64,000 nt of DNA from the NCBI GenBank assembly GCA_016200345.1, contig JACQEX010000005.1, positions 7,968 through 71,967 of the forward strand. The letters run 5' to 3'. The stretch's first letter is position 1. Every line of letters begins with the position of its first letter. The notes under the pieces were generated by a model that saw only the letters and a list, made by a program, of their open reading frames with translations, had not been told where the DNA came from and did no database searches. Of the stretch, positions 37,242 to 47,628 are shown one piece after another. Made by a program: the position numbers and the translations under genes. This stretch comes from Nitrospinota bacterium. Lineage in GTDB: Bacteria; Nitrospinota_A; UBA7883; JACRGQ01.

Positions 37242-38183
37242 GTGGCGGATCTTAAAAGAATTTTTCTTCTTCCCGGCGAGCTGGCCGTCTCGCGCCAGCC
37301 GGCGGAGCTTGCGACCCTGCTGGGGTCGTGCGTCGCCATCTGCCTTTTTAACACCCAGATTAAAGCCGGCGGCATGAACCATTATATGCTCCCCAGCGGC
37401 ACGAACGAGGACATGAAGGGGAAGTACGGCGACTATTCCACAAGAAAACTTATGGAGATGATGCAGAGGCTCGACCCAAACCCCAGAAACCTCGTGGCGC
37501 AGGTCTATGGCGGCGGGGCCGTGGTGGGGCACCTTAACACCGGCGTCGGCATAGGCGAGAAAAATATAGAAATCGCCCTTAGGATGTTGGCGGATTTCGG
37601 GGTGACCGTCACCAAAAAGGACGTGGGCGGCACAAACGGAAGAAAGATTTTCTTCAACACCGAAACGGGCGTAATAGCGATGCGTCCCATTGAAAAATCG
37701 GAGTTGTCCAAGGAGTTGGAGCACAAGAAAAAAACAATCGCGTCCAGAAAAATCAGGGTCATGGTGGTGGACGATTCGGCAACGATACGCCAAATCATCA
37801 TAAAGGCGATATCCTCGGATCCCGAAATAGAGGTGATAGGCCAGGCGGGAGACGCATACGAGGCGCGCTCCAGCATACTGGAGTTGGATCCGGACGTTTT
37901 GACGCTGGACATCATCATGCCCAAAATGGACGGGGTGACCTTCCTAAAAAAGCTGATGATGCACTTCCCCAAGCCGGTGATAGTGGTGAGCTCCATAGCC
38001 CAAAAGGACAGCAAGCAAAGGCAGAGGGCGCAGATGATTGGCGCGGTGGACGTGATAGACAAGGAGGATTTGAAGATGTACCAGGGCCTTGCCACCGCCA
38101 CCTCCATCCTCACGAACAAAATAAAAATCGCCGCCGTCACCGTGGTAAAAAAGAAGACCGAAGAGGAGATAGGGCACATCTGA
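37242..38183 (+). CDS. cheD: CheD deamidase fused to a CheB-type receiver domain
   Basis: LPGE...LLGSCV, GGMNHYMLP, DVGGTNGRKI; then VMVVDDSA...TLDIIMPKMDG...VVSS...DK; no methylesterase domain. Confidence 0.88.
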   Translation: MADLKRIFLLPGELAVSRQPAELATLLGSCVAICLFNTQIKAGGMNHYMLPSGTNEDMKGKYGDYSTRKLMEMMQRLDPNPRNLVAQVYGGGAVVGHLNTGVGIGEKNIEIALRMLADFGVTVTKKDVGGTNGRKIFFNTETGVIAMRPIEKSELSKELEHKKKTIASRKIRVMVVDDSATIRQIIIKAISSDPEIEVIGQAGDAYEARSSILELDPDVLTLDIIMPKMDGVTFLKKLMMHFPKPVIVVSSIAQKDSKQRQRAQMIGAVDVIDKEDLKMYQGLATATSILTNKIKIAAVTVVKKKTEEEIGHI

Positions 38184-38295
38184 CCCGCATGCGGAGCCGA
38201 ACCCGCACCGTCTTGGGTGCGAGGGGAGCCTGGCCTGCGTCGGTTTAAAAGCGACAGTTAGAGCATTTTAATTTATTTTAGACACGCATCTTTAA

Positions 38296-38378
38296 TGTCA
38301 TGCCGGGCTTGACCCGGCATCCAGCTCCTTAAGTTAGGTATTTTGAGGAAATGGATTCCCGCTTTCGCGGGAATGACA
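38296..38378. repeat. Palindromic intergenic element (dRS3/RPE-like)
   Basis: TGTCAT...ATGACA ends; ATGCCGGG-CTTGA-CCCGGCAT hairpin; ATTCCC-N8-GGGAAT at 38355-38374. Confidence 0.75.
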
Positions 38379-38409
38379 AATTATCGTATCAAAAGGAAGT
38401 TAAACCGCC

Positions 38410-39171
38410 CTAGCCGTAAATTTTACTTAGATATTCCAACGACTCCGCCATGTATCCGGGGGAAAAGATCTCTATAATCACCGCGCCGTCCATTTTCATT
38501 TCCGCAAAGCTGGCGATGATTTTCTTTAGCGTCGCCTGCGGTATGTTTGTCAGCGGGAGGTGGTCTCTGCCGCCCGCGACACCGTGGAGGTGCGCCATTC
38601 TTATCCTGTCGCCATATTTGTCAAAAAACTCCTCTGGATTTCCGCCCTCGAACAGCCAGTGCCCAACGTCGAAACATACCGAAACCCCAAGCCCCCTTAC
38701 GCTTTCCCAAGCCTCGGCAAACGGGGAGCCAATTATGTTTTCCACGCATATTCTTTCGGGGGACACCCCCGTTGCCTCCAATAGACTCGATATTCTTTCT
38801 GGAACGAGCGCGGGGTTCCATGCGTCGGACGACTTTTCAACATGAAGAACGTAGTTGCGAATTTGCGCCTTGTCGTACGCCAGCATGGTGTGAGACAAGA
38901 TTTTTTCCGGCGCCCCGCCCGGAAGCGCCATGGACGTCGGTATGGGAAGGTGCAGTGAATATCCAAATTCGGGGTCGTTTAACGAGCGCAGAGAACTCAA
39001 TTCCTCGTCGCTAATCGGGGATGTTACCGCGGGCTCGTACGCGGTCAACTGCACCTCTTTGAAAACCGGCTTTAATTTTGCCGCGTTCTCGGAGAACCCC
39101 GCCGGCCAGACGAACGAGGGGGCGCCAAGCCTGACGCCAAGGTTGGAGAACCGTCCGCGATACTTTTCCAT
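38410..39171 (-). CDS. AP-endonuclease-2/TIM-barrel metalloenzyme, probable cobamide remodelling phosphodiesterase CbiR-like
   Basis: RLGAPSFVWP, YSLHLP, YVLHV, ICVEN, CFDVGH, HLHG...DHLPL, IIEIF. Confidence 0.6.
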   Translation of the reverse strand: MEKYRGRFSNLGVRLGAPSFVWPAGFSENAAKLKPVFKEVQLTAYEPAVTSPISDEELSSLRSLNDPEFGYSLHLPIPTSMALPGGAPEKILSHTMLAYDKAQIRNYVLHVEKSSDAWNPALVPERISSLLEATGVSPERICVENIIGSPFAEAWESVRGLGVSVCFDVGHWLFEGGNPEEFFDKYGDRIRMAHLHGVAGGRDHLPLTNIPQATLKKIIASFAEMKMDGAVIIEIFSPGYMAESLEYLSKIYG

Positions 39172-39185
39172 CGGTTTTTAGCGGG

Positions 39186-39377
39186 CTATTTTAATATTTC
39201 TTCAATGCGCGGGGTGCATCGTTTGCCCTGGCACGAGCCGCTTCCGGCGCCAGTCGCCTTTTTTAGGCCGTGCACGGTATTTACGCCCTTCTCCACATGC
39301 TCAAGAAAAGCCTTCTTTTTTATTCCCTTGCAGAGGCACACCGATTTAAGTCCGTCAATTATCTTTTGTTGGTTCAT
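39186..39377 (-). CDS. BFD-like [2Fe-2S]-binding protein
   Basis: VCLCKGI...TGAGSGSCQGKRC. Confidence 0.8.
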   Translation of the reverse strand: MNQQKIIDGLKSVCLCKGIKKKAFLEHVEKGVNTVHGLKKATGAGSGSCQGKRCTPRIEEILK

Positions 39378-39495
39378 TCCCCCATTGTATCAAAATAATA
39401 CGGGATGGTTCACGCGAAGGCGCGAAAAAACAGGAATCTCCGCTTCGTGTCCCTTCGTGTTTTTCGTGGTTTGCTCCATTACTCTCTTTCGCAGT

Positions 39496-40377
39496 TTAAA
39501 TTTTTAGTTGGATTTGTTTGCCGGGGGAGCAGTAGCCGCCTACGTCCACGTTTGTAATTCTTCCCCCCTTTGTGGAGACCCATGTAAAAAGTTGCGAAAG
39601 ATGGCCGTAGCCCTGCAAAATTTCCAACTCCATTGTGCCGTCAGTGTCGGACAGGGCCCACCGACGGTTGATAAGGCAGGCCAGAGGCCCGCAACCGCTA
39701 CCTGTCGCCGGATCCTCCACCACCCCGAGCGCCGGGCAAAAGTTTCTGCAAAGCACCGTAGCGTCGTCAGCGAAAAATGGCATTACCGCGTCCATATGGT
39801 GCGTTTTTCGAACTTGGTCGTGAATTTTTGCGGAGATGCGCGCCTTTTTTAGCGCCGTTTTTGAGGAGAGCGGGATTATCAGATGCGGCAGGCCGGTGGA
39901 GACGACCTCGCCGTCCCCCGCGACGTCGCTTTCCCTCAACGACAAAAGCTTGGCGGACGTCTCTCGCCCGATCTTTTTCCCAAAACTCGGCACGCCTTGC
40001 GACATTGTTATTCTGCCGTCCGGAAGTCTTTTTAGGGGGATTTTCCTTTTCCCGATCTGTTGGACGTAGGCGCCCTTTTTGGCGACAAGCCCGCTTTTTT
40101 CCAGCACAAACAGGGTGCCCAAAGTCGGGTGGCCGGCGAAAGGGATTTCCTGCGCCGGGGTGAAAAATCGAACGATGTAGTCGGCCTTTGCTATTCCGGG
40201 CGGGAAGACAAAGGACGTCTCCGAAAACCCCAGTTTTTTCGCGATTTTTTGCATCTGCGCGTCGGAGAGTCCTGCGGCGTCGGTGACGACCCCCAGTTGG
40301 TTGCCGTGTCTGCCGTTTTTTGTAAAAACCCTGGCTGTCTCCACAACAACCGTTTTTCGGGGCCTGCAATTATTCAT
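39496..40377 (-). CDS. PhzF-family isomerase/epimerase
   Basis: GNQLGVV, SETSFV, RFFTP..EIPFAGHPTLG, EDPATGS. Confidence 0.92.
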   Translation of the reverse strand: MNNCRPRKTVVVETARVFTKNGRHGNQLGVVTDAAGLSDAQMQKIAKKLGFSETSFVFPPGIAKADYIVRFFTPAQEIPFAGHPTLGTLFVLEKSGLVAKKGAYVQQIGKRKIPLKRLPDGRITMSQGVPSFGKKIGRETSAKLLSLRESDVAGDGEVVSTGLPHLIIPLSSKTALKKARISAKIHDQVRKTHHMDAVMPFFADDATVLCRNFCPALGVVEDPATGSGCGPLACLINRRWALSDTDGTMELEILQGYGHLSQLFTWVSTKGGRITNVDVGGYCSPGKQIQLKI

Positions 40378-40413
40378 TCGTTTTTCCAGTGGTTTAGGTA
40401 ATATAATGGTCGA

Positions 40414-40779
40414 ATGCTAAGGGCATTCTACCATAACTTGGGAGTCGGCGTTTTTTGCGCCGTGGTTTTTTCCATTTTGTCCATGTCCGCCCCCTTGTCC
40501 GCTTTTGGCGAGGACGCGGCCACGGCATCTGAAGAAAAAGAGGTAACCATAACGGGAAGCATTGAAAAGGCCGCAATAGACGAAAAGGGCGCGGTGATAG
40601 CCGTTGAGATATGGGTCGAACAGGGGGACGCATACGATTATTTTCTTGTCAACGACTCGCCAAAAGGGAACGAGCTTTTGGGCCACGTGGGTAGCAGGAC
40701 GACCCTCTCCGGAATTTTGGAAGAGGACGAGGACGGCAACAAGATAGTCACCGTAAAATCATTTGCAATCGTGAAATGA
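40414..40779 (+). CDS. Exported acidic OB-fold-like hypothetical protein
   Basis: Signal-like N-terminus; V-T-I-T-G...V-T-L-S-G strands. Confidence 0.6.
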   Translation: MLRAFYHNLGVGVFCAVVFSILSMSAPLSAFGEDAATASEEKEVTITGSIEKAAIDEKGAVIAVEIWVEQGDAYDYFLVNDSPKGNELLGHVGSRTTLSGILEEDEDGNKIVTVKSFAIVK

Positions 40780-40841
40780 GGACTACGTCCGCGACTTCTT
40801 CGTTTTTTTTCGCCCCGGCATTTGACTAAATTAGTGTTCCC

Positions 40842-41753
40842 ATGAGCCAAAACTCCGAACAACTTGAAAAAAGGGTTTTTGTTGTCGAGGACGAGTTCAC
40901 AAAAAAATCGGGCCTTAGCGCCCTTCTTGCCGAAGTGGGGTTCGACGTGCGCTCGGCGCCGCACGGGGCCGACGTTCTGGCGGAGATAATTTCCGCCAAG
41001 CCGACCATAATAATAACCGACTTGGAAAAACAATCTTCGGACGACCCGTTTGTTCTAGTGGAAAAAATAATCGGCTCGCCCGAATTGAAGGGTTCGGAGG
41101 TGTTCGTTTACACAGAAAGCATAGACGTGGCGCTGGAGGTTCAACTTCGACGCTTAAAGCTTTCCGCATACTTTATTAAGGGGGAGACGTCCAAGTTTCT
41201 CGTCGAGGGGGTAAAAAATTTTTTCGTGAAGGAAGACCCGACGGACCTGGCCCCACCTCCGCCGGGGGAAAGCGAGAATTTTGACTCGGAGAATCCGGGG
41301 CCTCCGAACGCCGGCGAAAAAGGCGGCCCGGGCTTCGACGAATTTTCCGTAAAGGTCAACAAGGGCGTGGGGGACAACGACGGCGAGACGCTGTTTAACC
41401 TCGGCGTAAGCTATATGGAAATGGGATTGTTGCCCGAGGCCGAGCACGAGTTCTCGCTGGCCGCCAACGACCCCAAATTAAGGCTGGACGCGCTCGTTTC
41501 AGGCGGAATATGCCTTAGAAAAATGGGGAAGTTTAAGGAGGCCGCGGACAGGTTTAAGCTTGGTATGGAGTCCGCGCCGGATCGGGACAGGGTTTTGGAA
41601 TTTCGATACGAAATAGGGGTGACGCTCGAGGAGGCGGGAATGCTAAAAGAGGCGTTCAGTTTTTTTGGGTCGGTTTACAAGGAGGATAAAACCTTTCGAG
41701 ACGTGGGGGAAAGACTCGTAAAAATTCAGGGCGAATTAAAAAACTTGGCCTGA
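40842..41753 (+). CDS. Degenerate receiver domain plus C-terminal TPR module
   Basis: VFVVEDE...IITDL; FNLGVSYMEMGL...RYEIG...FRDVGERL. Confidence 0.7.
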   Translation: MSQNSEQLEKRVFVVEDEFTKKSGLSALLAEVGFDVRSAPHGADVLAEIISAKPTIIITDLEKQSSDDPFVLVEKIIGSPELKGSEVFVYTESIDVALEVQLRRLKLSAYFIKGETSKFLVEGVKNFFVKEDPTDLAPPPPGESENFDSENPGPPNAGEKGGPGFDEFSVKVNKGVGDNDGETLFNLGVSYMEMGLLPEAEHEFSLAANDPKLRLDALVSGGICLRKMGKFKEAADRFKLGMESAPDRDRVLEFRYEIGVTLEEAGMLKEAFSFFGSVYKEDKTFRDVGERLVKIQGELKNLA

Positions 41754-41793
41754 CACGCTTTATTTTTGCGTTGAATCGGGATAGACTGAGCCG

Positions 41794-42528
41794 ATGAATA
41801 TTATTCCTGCCATAGACATTAAAGGGGGGCGTTGCGTAAGACTTTCTCAGGGGGATATGGCCAAAGAAACGGTCTATTCCACCGACCCCGTGGACCAGGC
41901 CCTCAAGTGGGAGCAGGCCGGCGCGAAAATAATCCATATAGTGGATTTGGACGGCGCCGTGGAGGGTAAGCCAAAAAACGCGGCCTTGGTCAGGAAAATT
42001 TGTAGGTCTGTCGAATGCCGCATACAACTCGGCGGCGGGATAAGATCCTTGGAGATAGCGGAGCAACATTTCGAGTGCGGCGTTTCAAACATAGTCCTCG
42101 GAACAATGCTGATAAACAATTGGAAGCTCGCTCTGGAAATAATCAACAAGCACCCGGGCAGGGTCTTGGCCGGGATTGACACAAAAAACGGCATCATTTT
42201 GGGTAGCGGGTGGACGGAGGTCTCGGACCTTAAGGCAACCGTGTTTACCGCGACAAATTTGGCGCCGCTGACCGCCCTGGCGGGAATTGTTTTTACGGAC
42301 GTGTCGCGCGACGGAATGTTGCAGGGGACGAACCTAAAGGAGATTGAAAACATGGCCTCCCTCTCGGGCGGAAGGCTCATCGCCTCCGGGGGCGTGTCCA
42401 CCATGGCCGACTTGGACAAATTATCCAGAATCCCCGGCGTCTCCGGAGCCATCATCGGCAAGGCCATATACACCGGCGCCATCGACTTAAAAGGCGCCGT
42501 GGGCCGGTTTCAGTTTAAAGCGAAATAG
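41794..42528 (+). CDS. hisA: ProFAR isomerase
   Basis: [39 protein letters not shown]. Confidence 0.95.
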   Translation: MNIIPAIDIKGGRCVRLSQGDMAKETVYSTDPVDQALKWEQAGAKIIHIVDLDGAVEGKPKNAALVRKICRSVECRIQLGGGIRSLEIAEQHFECGVSNIVLGTMLINNWKLALEIINKHPGRVLAGIDTKNGIILGSGWTEVSDLKATVFTATNLAPLTALAGIVFTDVSRDGMLQGTNLKEIENMASLSGGRLIASGGVSTMADLDKLSRIPGVSGAIIGKAIYTGAIDLKGAVGRFQFKAK

Positions 42529-43283
42529 TGCTTACCCGTAGAATCATCCCCTGTTTGGACGTCAAGGACGGCAGGGTTGTAAAAGGGGTCAAGTTCGTGG
42601 GACTGCGCGACGCGGGCGACCCGGTCGAGGCCGCACAAAACTACGACCTGCAGGGGGCCGACGAGCTCACCTATCTTGACATCACCGCGAGCGTTGAAAA
42701 TCGAAACGCCATGATTGACGTCATAGAGCGCACGGCGGACAAAGTTTTCATGCCGCTGACAGTCGGCGGCGGGGTGCGCGGCGAGGAGGACATAAGGCAG
42801 TTGCTAAAGGCCGGCGCCGACAAGGTGGCCATAAACACTGCCGCGGTCACGAACACAGACATAATAAAAAAGGCGGCGTTTCGCTTTGGGACGCAGTGCA
42901 TAGTGGTCGCGATAGACGCAAAACGCTCCGGCGAGGGTTGGGAGGTGTACACGCACGGGGGGAGAAACCCAACCGGGCTGGACGCCGTGCAGTGGGCAAA
43001 AAAAATGCGCGACTTCGGCGCCGGGGAAATACTGCTTACGAGCATGGACAGGGACGGCACAAAAAACGGGTACGACATCGCGCTTACAAAGGCGGTGTCG
43101 TCTGCGGTGGACATCCCCGTGATAGCATCGGGCGGCGTGGGCACCTTGGAACACCTGTACCAAGGTTTCGCGGAAGGGGGAGCCTCGGCGGCGTTGGCGG
43201 CCTCGATTTTTCACTTCGCGGAGCACACGGTCGGCGAGGCGAAACAATACCTTCATGAAAAAGGAATACCGGTGAGGATATGA
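42528..43283 (+). CDS. hisF: Imidazole glycerol phosphate synthase cyclase subunit
   Basis: [32 protein letters not shown]. Confidence 0.97.
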   Translation: MLTRRIIPCLDVKDGRVVKGVKFVGLRDAGDPVEAAQNYDLQGADELTYLDITASVENRNAMIDVIERTADKVFMPLTVGGGVRGEEDIRQLLKAGADKVAINTAAVTNTDIIKKAAFRFGTQCIVVAIDAKRSGEGWEVYTHGGRNPTGLDAVQWAKKMRDFGAGEILLTSMDRDGTKNGYDIALTKAVSSAVDIPVIASGGVGTLEHLYQGFAEGGASAALAASIFHFAEHTVGEAKQYLHEKGIPVRI

Positions 43284-43909
43284 GCGAAATAGATTTGAAG
43301 TTCGACGAAAAAGGGCTTCTCCCGGCCGTCATCCAGTCCGCCTCCACCCGCAAGGTCTTGATGATGGCCTACATGAACGCGGAAACGTTGCGGATGACCC
43401 TGGAAACGGGTTTCACGCATTTTTATTCGAGGTCTCGCGGGACGATTTGGAAAAAAGGGGAGACAAGCGGGAACACGCAAAAGGTCAAAAAAATTTCGTA
43501 TGACTGCGACTCGGACACCCTGCTTATAGAGGTGGACGAGCAGGGCCCCGCCTGCCACACGGGCCAGGAGACCTGTTTCTTTACGGAGATTGCCGGCGGG
43601 GACGTGATTCGCCAACAGCCCGTGGCGCACACGGAGAACATTCTTTCCCGAGTGTACCAAGTGATACAGCAAAGAAAAAGGGAGAGGCCGAAAGAGTCGT
43701 ACGTGACCAGCCTCTTTGAAAAGGGTGAGAACGCCTTTCTAAAAAAGATAGGCGAGGAGGGCGTGGAGTTTACGATGGCAGTCGTCAAAAGGGACCGCAC
43801 CGGCGCGATTTACGAGGCCGCCGACCTTTGGTTCCACACGCTCATCGCCCTCGCCTCGATGGACATCCCGCCAGAGGAAGTCTTCAAGGAATTACAGAAG
43901 AGAAGATAG
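43280..43909 (+). CDS. hisIE: Bifunctional PRA-CH / PRA-PH
   Basis: [18 protein letters not shown]...CF; SYVTSL, KKIGEE, YEAADL. Confidence 0.95.
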   Translation: MSEIDLKFDEKGLLPAVIQSASTRKVLMMAYMNAETLRMTLETGFTHFYSRSRGTIWKKGETSGNTQKVKKISYDCDSDTLLIEVDEQGPACHTGQETCFFTEIAGGDVIRQQPVAHTENILSRVYQVIQQRKRERPKESYVTSLFEKGENAFLKKIGEEGVEFTMAVVKRDRTGAIYEAADLWFHTLIALASMDIPPEEVFKELQKRR

Positions 43910-44081
43910 CTTATTACGCTGGGGGTTGAGGCACGGCATCGAAACTTAACTTATAATTGAATAAAAGCTTAAGCTTGGAATCCGTGAGGTTTCCATTGCG
44001 CAATCTATAATGATGACAATCGTTCATATTATGTCATTAAAAATATTTGGACACTTATCCTAAAAATGTCATAATAGGCGC

Positions 44082-44339
44082 ATGGGAACAACGAATAGAA
44101 CGAAAGTAAGCCGGGGCGGGCGCGTTGTCATCCCGGCCAAATACCGGAAAGCTCTTGGAATAGCGATTGGCGACAACGTGGTGCTTCGGATGGAGAAGGG
44201 GGAGTTGCGCATAAAAAGTCTTCGCGCGTCAATAAAGGCCGTACAAGACCTGTTTCGCGCCCATGTGGGGAAGAGCCGCTCCATCGTTGATGAACTTATT
44301 AAAGAGCGTCGCGCCGAGGCCAAGCGAGAGCGTGAATAG
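44082..44339 (+). CDS. AbrB/MazE-type antitoxin
   Basis: GRVVIPAKYRKALGI..GD motif. Confidence 0.9.
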   Translation: MGTTNRTKVSRGGRVVIPAKYRKALGIAIGDNVVLRMEKGELRIKSLRASIKAVQDLFRAHVGKSRSIVDELIKERRAEAKRERE

Positions 44340-44721
44340 CCATATCTTGGACGCCTCTGCGGTGTTGGCCGTGATAAACGGCGAAAACGGATCGGAAGTT
44401 GTGTTGCAAGCTATTGAGGGGGGCGACACGGCGATAAGCGCCGTCAATTATTCCGAGGTCGTGGCAAAATTGGCGACCGTTGGGATATCGCCCGACGCCG
44501 CTGACACAATGATAAACGCCCTAGAACTCACGGTGGTTCCGTTTGACGCCGAAACCGCCACAGAAGCGGGTTTGCTTTATTTGATAGGCGCCAAAGCAGG
44601 ACTCTCATTTGCCGATAGGGCTTGTCTCGCTCTTTCTAAACAGACCGGCCTTCCGGCCTTGACGGCGGACAAGGCGTGGGCAGGGCTTAAATTCACCCCG
44701 AAAATCAGGCTTATTCGATAG
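44332..44721 (+). CDS. vapC: VapC PIN-domain toxin
   Basis: GTG 44332 overlapping the antitoxin stop; ILDASAVLA, SAVNYSEV, LSFADRACLA, LTAD. Confidence 0.88.
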   Translation: MNSHILDASAVLAVINGENGSEVVLQAIEGGDTAISAVNYSEVVAKLATVGISPDAADTMINALELTVVPFDAETATEAGLLYLIGAKAGLSFADRACLALSKQTGLPALTADKAWAGLKFTPKIRLIR

Positions 44722-44789
44722 GTTTAAGAGGGGGGAGATATGGGAACCGGCGGACTGCACGGTTCCCCGAAGAGGGAACTGGATAAGAA

Positions 44790-45176
44790 TCAGACCTTGA
44801 GGACTTTTTTGAGTTTTTCCTCTAGGGTCGCCGCGTTGAACGGTTTTACGATGTAGTCGTTCACGCCGGCCTGCGCCGCCGCAACGACGTTGTCCTTCAG
44901 CGCCTCGGCGGTGACCATTATCACCGGAACGGATTTCATCGCGTCGTCGGAGCGCATCGCCTTTAGCAGTTCGAGGCCGGTCATGTTCGGCATGTTCCAG
45001 TCGAGCAGAACGATGTCGTATTTTGTGGCCTTCAGTTTTGGGAGCGCGGTGGAGCCGTCGTCCGCCTCGTCAACGTCCTTGATGCCAAGCTGACCAAGAA
45101 TATTTTTTTCAATTTTGCGCATGGTGGCGAAATCGTCCACCACGAGCACCTTCATATTTACGTCAAGATCGCCCAT
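44790..45176 (-). CDS. cheY: Chemotaxis response regulator CheY
   Basis: [34 protein letters not shown]. Confidence 0.93.
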   Translation of the reverse strand: MGDLDVNMKVLVVDDFATMRKIEKNILGQLGIKDVDEADDGSTALPKLKATKYDIVLLDWNMPNMTGLELLKAMRSDDAMKSVPVIMVTAEALKDNVVAAAQAGVNDYIVKPFNAATLEEKLKKVLKV

Positions 45177-45337
45177 ATTGCTCCCTCACTGAAATTGTTA
45201 AAGTATACCGGTGCATTCTACTTTAGTTTGCACCGTTAAATCAAAAGGAAAAAACGCCGTTTATTCCCGCGCTCACCGTCCTTTGCGTCACAGACGTCAA
45301 CAAATGTGATATAGTTACCGGCTTATAAGGAGTTAGA

Positions 45338-47626
45338 ATGAGAATAAGCGAACTGGCGACCGAACTTGGCGTGACTAGCGCCTTCATAATCGCCGAACTA
45401 AAGAAACTGAAAATAGACGGTAAAACGCCGTCTTCTTCCGTCACGGGGCAGTCCATATCCGCCGTTAAAAAGGCGGTTTCCTCCCTCTCCGCGAAACAAC
45501 TTGCGGATGAAAAAGAAAAGGCCGTTAAAGCCGCCAAGAAGCGCGGGACTGGCAAAACCGCTACGCCTAAAGCCGCCGCCCCCCTACAGGAGAAAGAGGT
45601 GGTAACGACCAAAGCGCCGGAAGTAGCCGAGGAGGTAGAGGTCGCGCACAATGCAAAGGCCAAGGCCGACGCCAAAAAGCGCGAGAGCGAGAAGGCGGCC
45701 GAGGAGGCCGGGGCAAAAAAGAAGATAGAGGTCGAGGAGGCCAGAAAAAAGGCCGAGGAGTCCAAGAAGGCAGAAAAAGAGCAGGCCTTAAAAAGAAAGG
45801 CCGAGGCCGAGGAAAACCGCGAAATCGAAAGAATGATAGCCGAGGAGGAGCGCCTTAAAAGAGAGGCCGAGTCCAAAACCGTAATCATAGAAGAGGCGAT
45901 GGTCGTAAAGGAGTTCGCCGAAAAACTCAAGGTTCCGGTTTCCGAGGTCATCAAGCGCCTCTTCCTAAAGGGCGTGGCCGTTACGTTAAACCAGATTATA
46001 GGCGTCGACCTTGCCCTAGACCTTGCCAAAGAGATGGGCTTCACCATCAAGGTGAAGGAGCTTGTCACGGCCCTGGCGGGAAAAATCGAGGGGGAGGACA
46101 AATCCAAATTTCCCATACGCCCTCCGGTTGTAACCATAATGGGGCACGTTGACCACGGTAAAACCTCCTTGCTCGACGCGATACGCAAGACGGACGTCGC
46201 GGGCAAAGAGGCCGGCGGCATAACACAGCACATCGGCGCCTACAGCATTTCAACCCCGAGCGGAAGCGTTACCTTTATAGACACGCCGGGCCACGAGGCA
46301 TTCACCGCGCTAAGGGCGCGAGGGGCGAAGGTTACCGACCTCGTTGTGTTGGTCGTTGCGGCGGACGACGGGGTCATGCCGCAGACGGTGGAGGCCATCA
46401 ACCACGCAAAGGCCGCAAACGTGCCGGTCATGGTGGCGGTGAACAAGATAGACAAGCCGGGCGCAAACCCGGAAAAGGTAAAGCAGGAGCTTACGAAGTA
46501 CAACCTCCTAACCGAGGAATGGGGCGGGCAGACGGTGTTTTGCAACGTGTCGGCGAAGGCCGGAACGGGGCTTGACCACTTGCTGGAGATGATTCAGCTA
46601 CAGTCCGAGGTCTTGGACCTTCGCGCCGACCCGGGGAGTCCCGCCGCCGCGACGATTATAGAGTCGCGCCTCGAGAAAAACCGGGGGCCGGTGATAACGG
46701 CGATTGTAAACTCCGGCACGTTGAGAATCGGCGACCCGTTTGTGGTCGGCACGGTAAGCGGAAAAGTTCGCGCGCTTGTAAACGACAAGGGATTGCAGAT
46801 AAAAGAGGCCGGCCCTTCGTCGCCGGTCGAGGTGCTAGGCGCCATAGACTCGTGCATGCCGGGCGAGATACTTACGGTTGTGGAGAGCGAGAGAAAGGCG
46901 AGGCAGATATGCCAGTCCAGGCTCGACTTGCAGAAAGATAAAAAAACGGCGGTCAAACAGCACGTTCGCCTCGAAAACGTCGTCGAGACGCTTGGCGAGG
47001 GTGGAATGTCCGACCTCAAGCTCGTCATAAAAGGGGACACCAAAGGCTCGGTCGAGGCCGTTTCCGAACTGTTGTCCAAGCTTTCGTTCGAGCAGGTGAA
47101 GCTACAGGTAATCCACTCCGGCGTCGGCGCGATAAACGAGACCGACGTGATGCTTGCCGACGCGTCGGACGCCATCGTCATAGGGTTCAACGTCCGGCCC
47201 ACCGAAAAGGCCAAGCAGTTGGGGCAAAGGGAGAAGATAGACGTCCGCCTTTACGGAATAATTTACGAGGTGGCCGACAGCATAACCGCCGCCGTAAAAG
47301 GAATGCTCAAGCCGGTCATTGTGGAGCGGACAATCGGAAGGGCCGAGGTTCGCAACACGTTCAGGATTTCCAAGGTCGGAATGATAGCCGGGTGCATGGT
47401 CGTGGACGGCGTAATACGCCGAAACGCGCAGTGCAGGCTCATTCGCGACAACGTGGTGGTCATCGGCGGCGTTGTGTCGTCGCTTAAAAGGTTCAAGGAC
47501 GACGCAAGGGAAGTGGCCACGGGCTACGAGTGCGGCATCGGCATCGAGAATTACAACGACATAAAGGTGGGCGACGTCATCGAGTTGTTCGTTAAAGAGG
47601 AGGCGGCCCAAAAGGCCGTCGGCTAA
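45338..47626 (+). CDS. infB: Translation initiation factor IF-2
   Basis: RPPVVTIMGHVDHGKTS, GGITQHIGA, DTPGHEAF, SLKRFKDD. Confidence 0.98.
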   Translation: MRISELATELGVTSAFIIAELKKLKIDGKTPSSSVTGQSISAVKKAVSSLSAKQLADEKEKAVKAAKKRGTGKTATPKAAAPLQEKEVVTTKAPEVAEEVEVAHNAKAKADAKKRESEKAAEEAGAKKKIEVEEARKKAEESKKAEKEQALKRKAEAEENREIERMIAEEERLKREAESKTVIIEEAMVVKEFAEKLKVPVSEVIKRLFLKGVAVTLNQIIGVDLALDLAKEMGFTIKVKELVTALAGKIEGEDKSKFPIRPPVVTIMGHVDHGKTSLLDAIRKTDVAGKEAGGITQHIGAYSISTPSGSVTFIDTPGHEAFTALRARGAKVTDLVVLVVAADDGVMPQTVEAINHAKAANVPVMVAVNKIDKPGANPEKVKQELTKYNLLTEEWGGQTVFCNVSAKAGTGLDHLLEMIQLQSEVLDLRADPGSPAAATIIESRLEKNRGPVITAIVNSGTLRIGDPFVVGTVSGKVRALVNDKGLQIKEAGPSSPVEVLGAIDSCMPGEILTVVESERKARQICQSRLDLQKDKKTAVKQHVRLENVVETLGEGGMSDLKLVIKGDTKGSVEAVSELLSKLSFEQVKLQVIHSGVGAINETDVMLADASDAIVIGFNVRPTEKAKQLGQREKIDVRLYGIIYEVADSITAAVKGMLKPVIVERTIGRAEVRNTFRISKVGMIAGCMVVDGVIRRNAQCRLIRDNVVVIGGVVSSLKRFKDDAREVATGYECGIGIENYNDIKVGDVIELFVKEEAAQKAVG

Positions 47627-47628
47627 CA

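Noticed and set aside
44013-44072. TA operator repeats ATGACA/TGTCAT
   Set aside because: Six-base matches in AT-rich DNA are too weak to call, though plausible.
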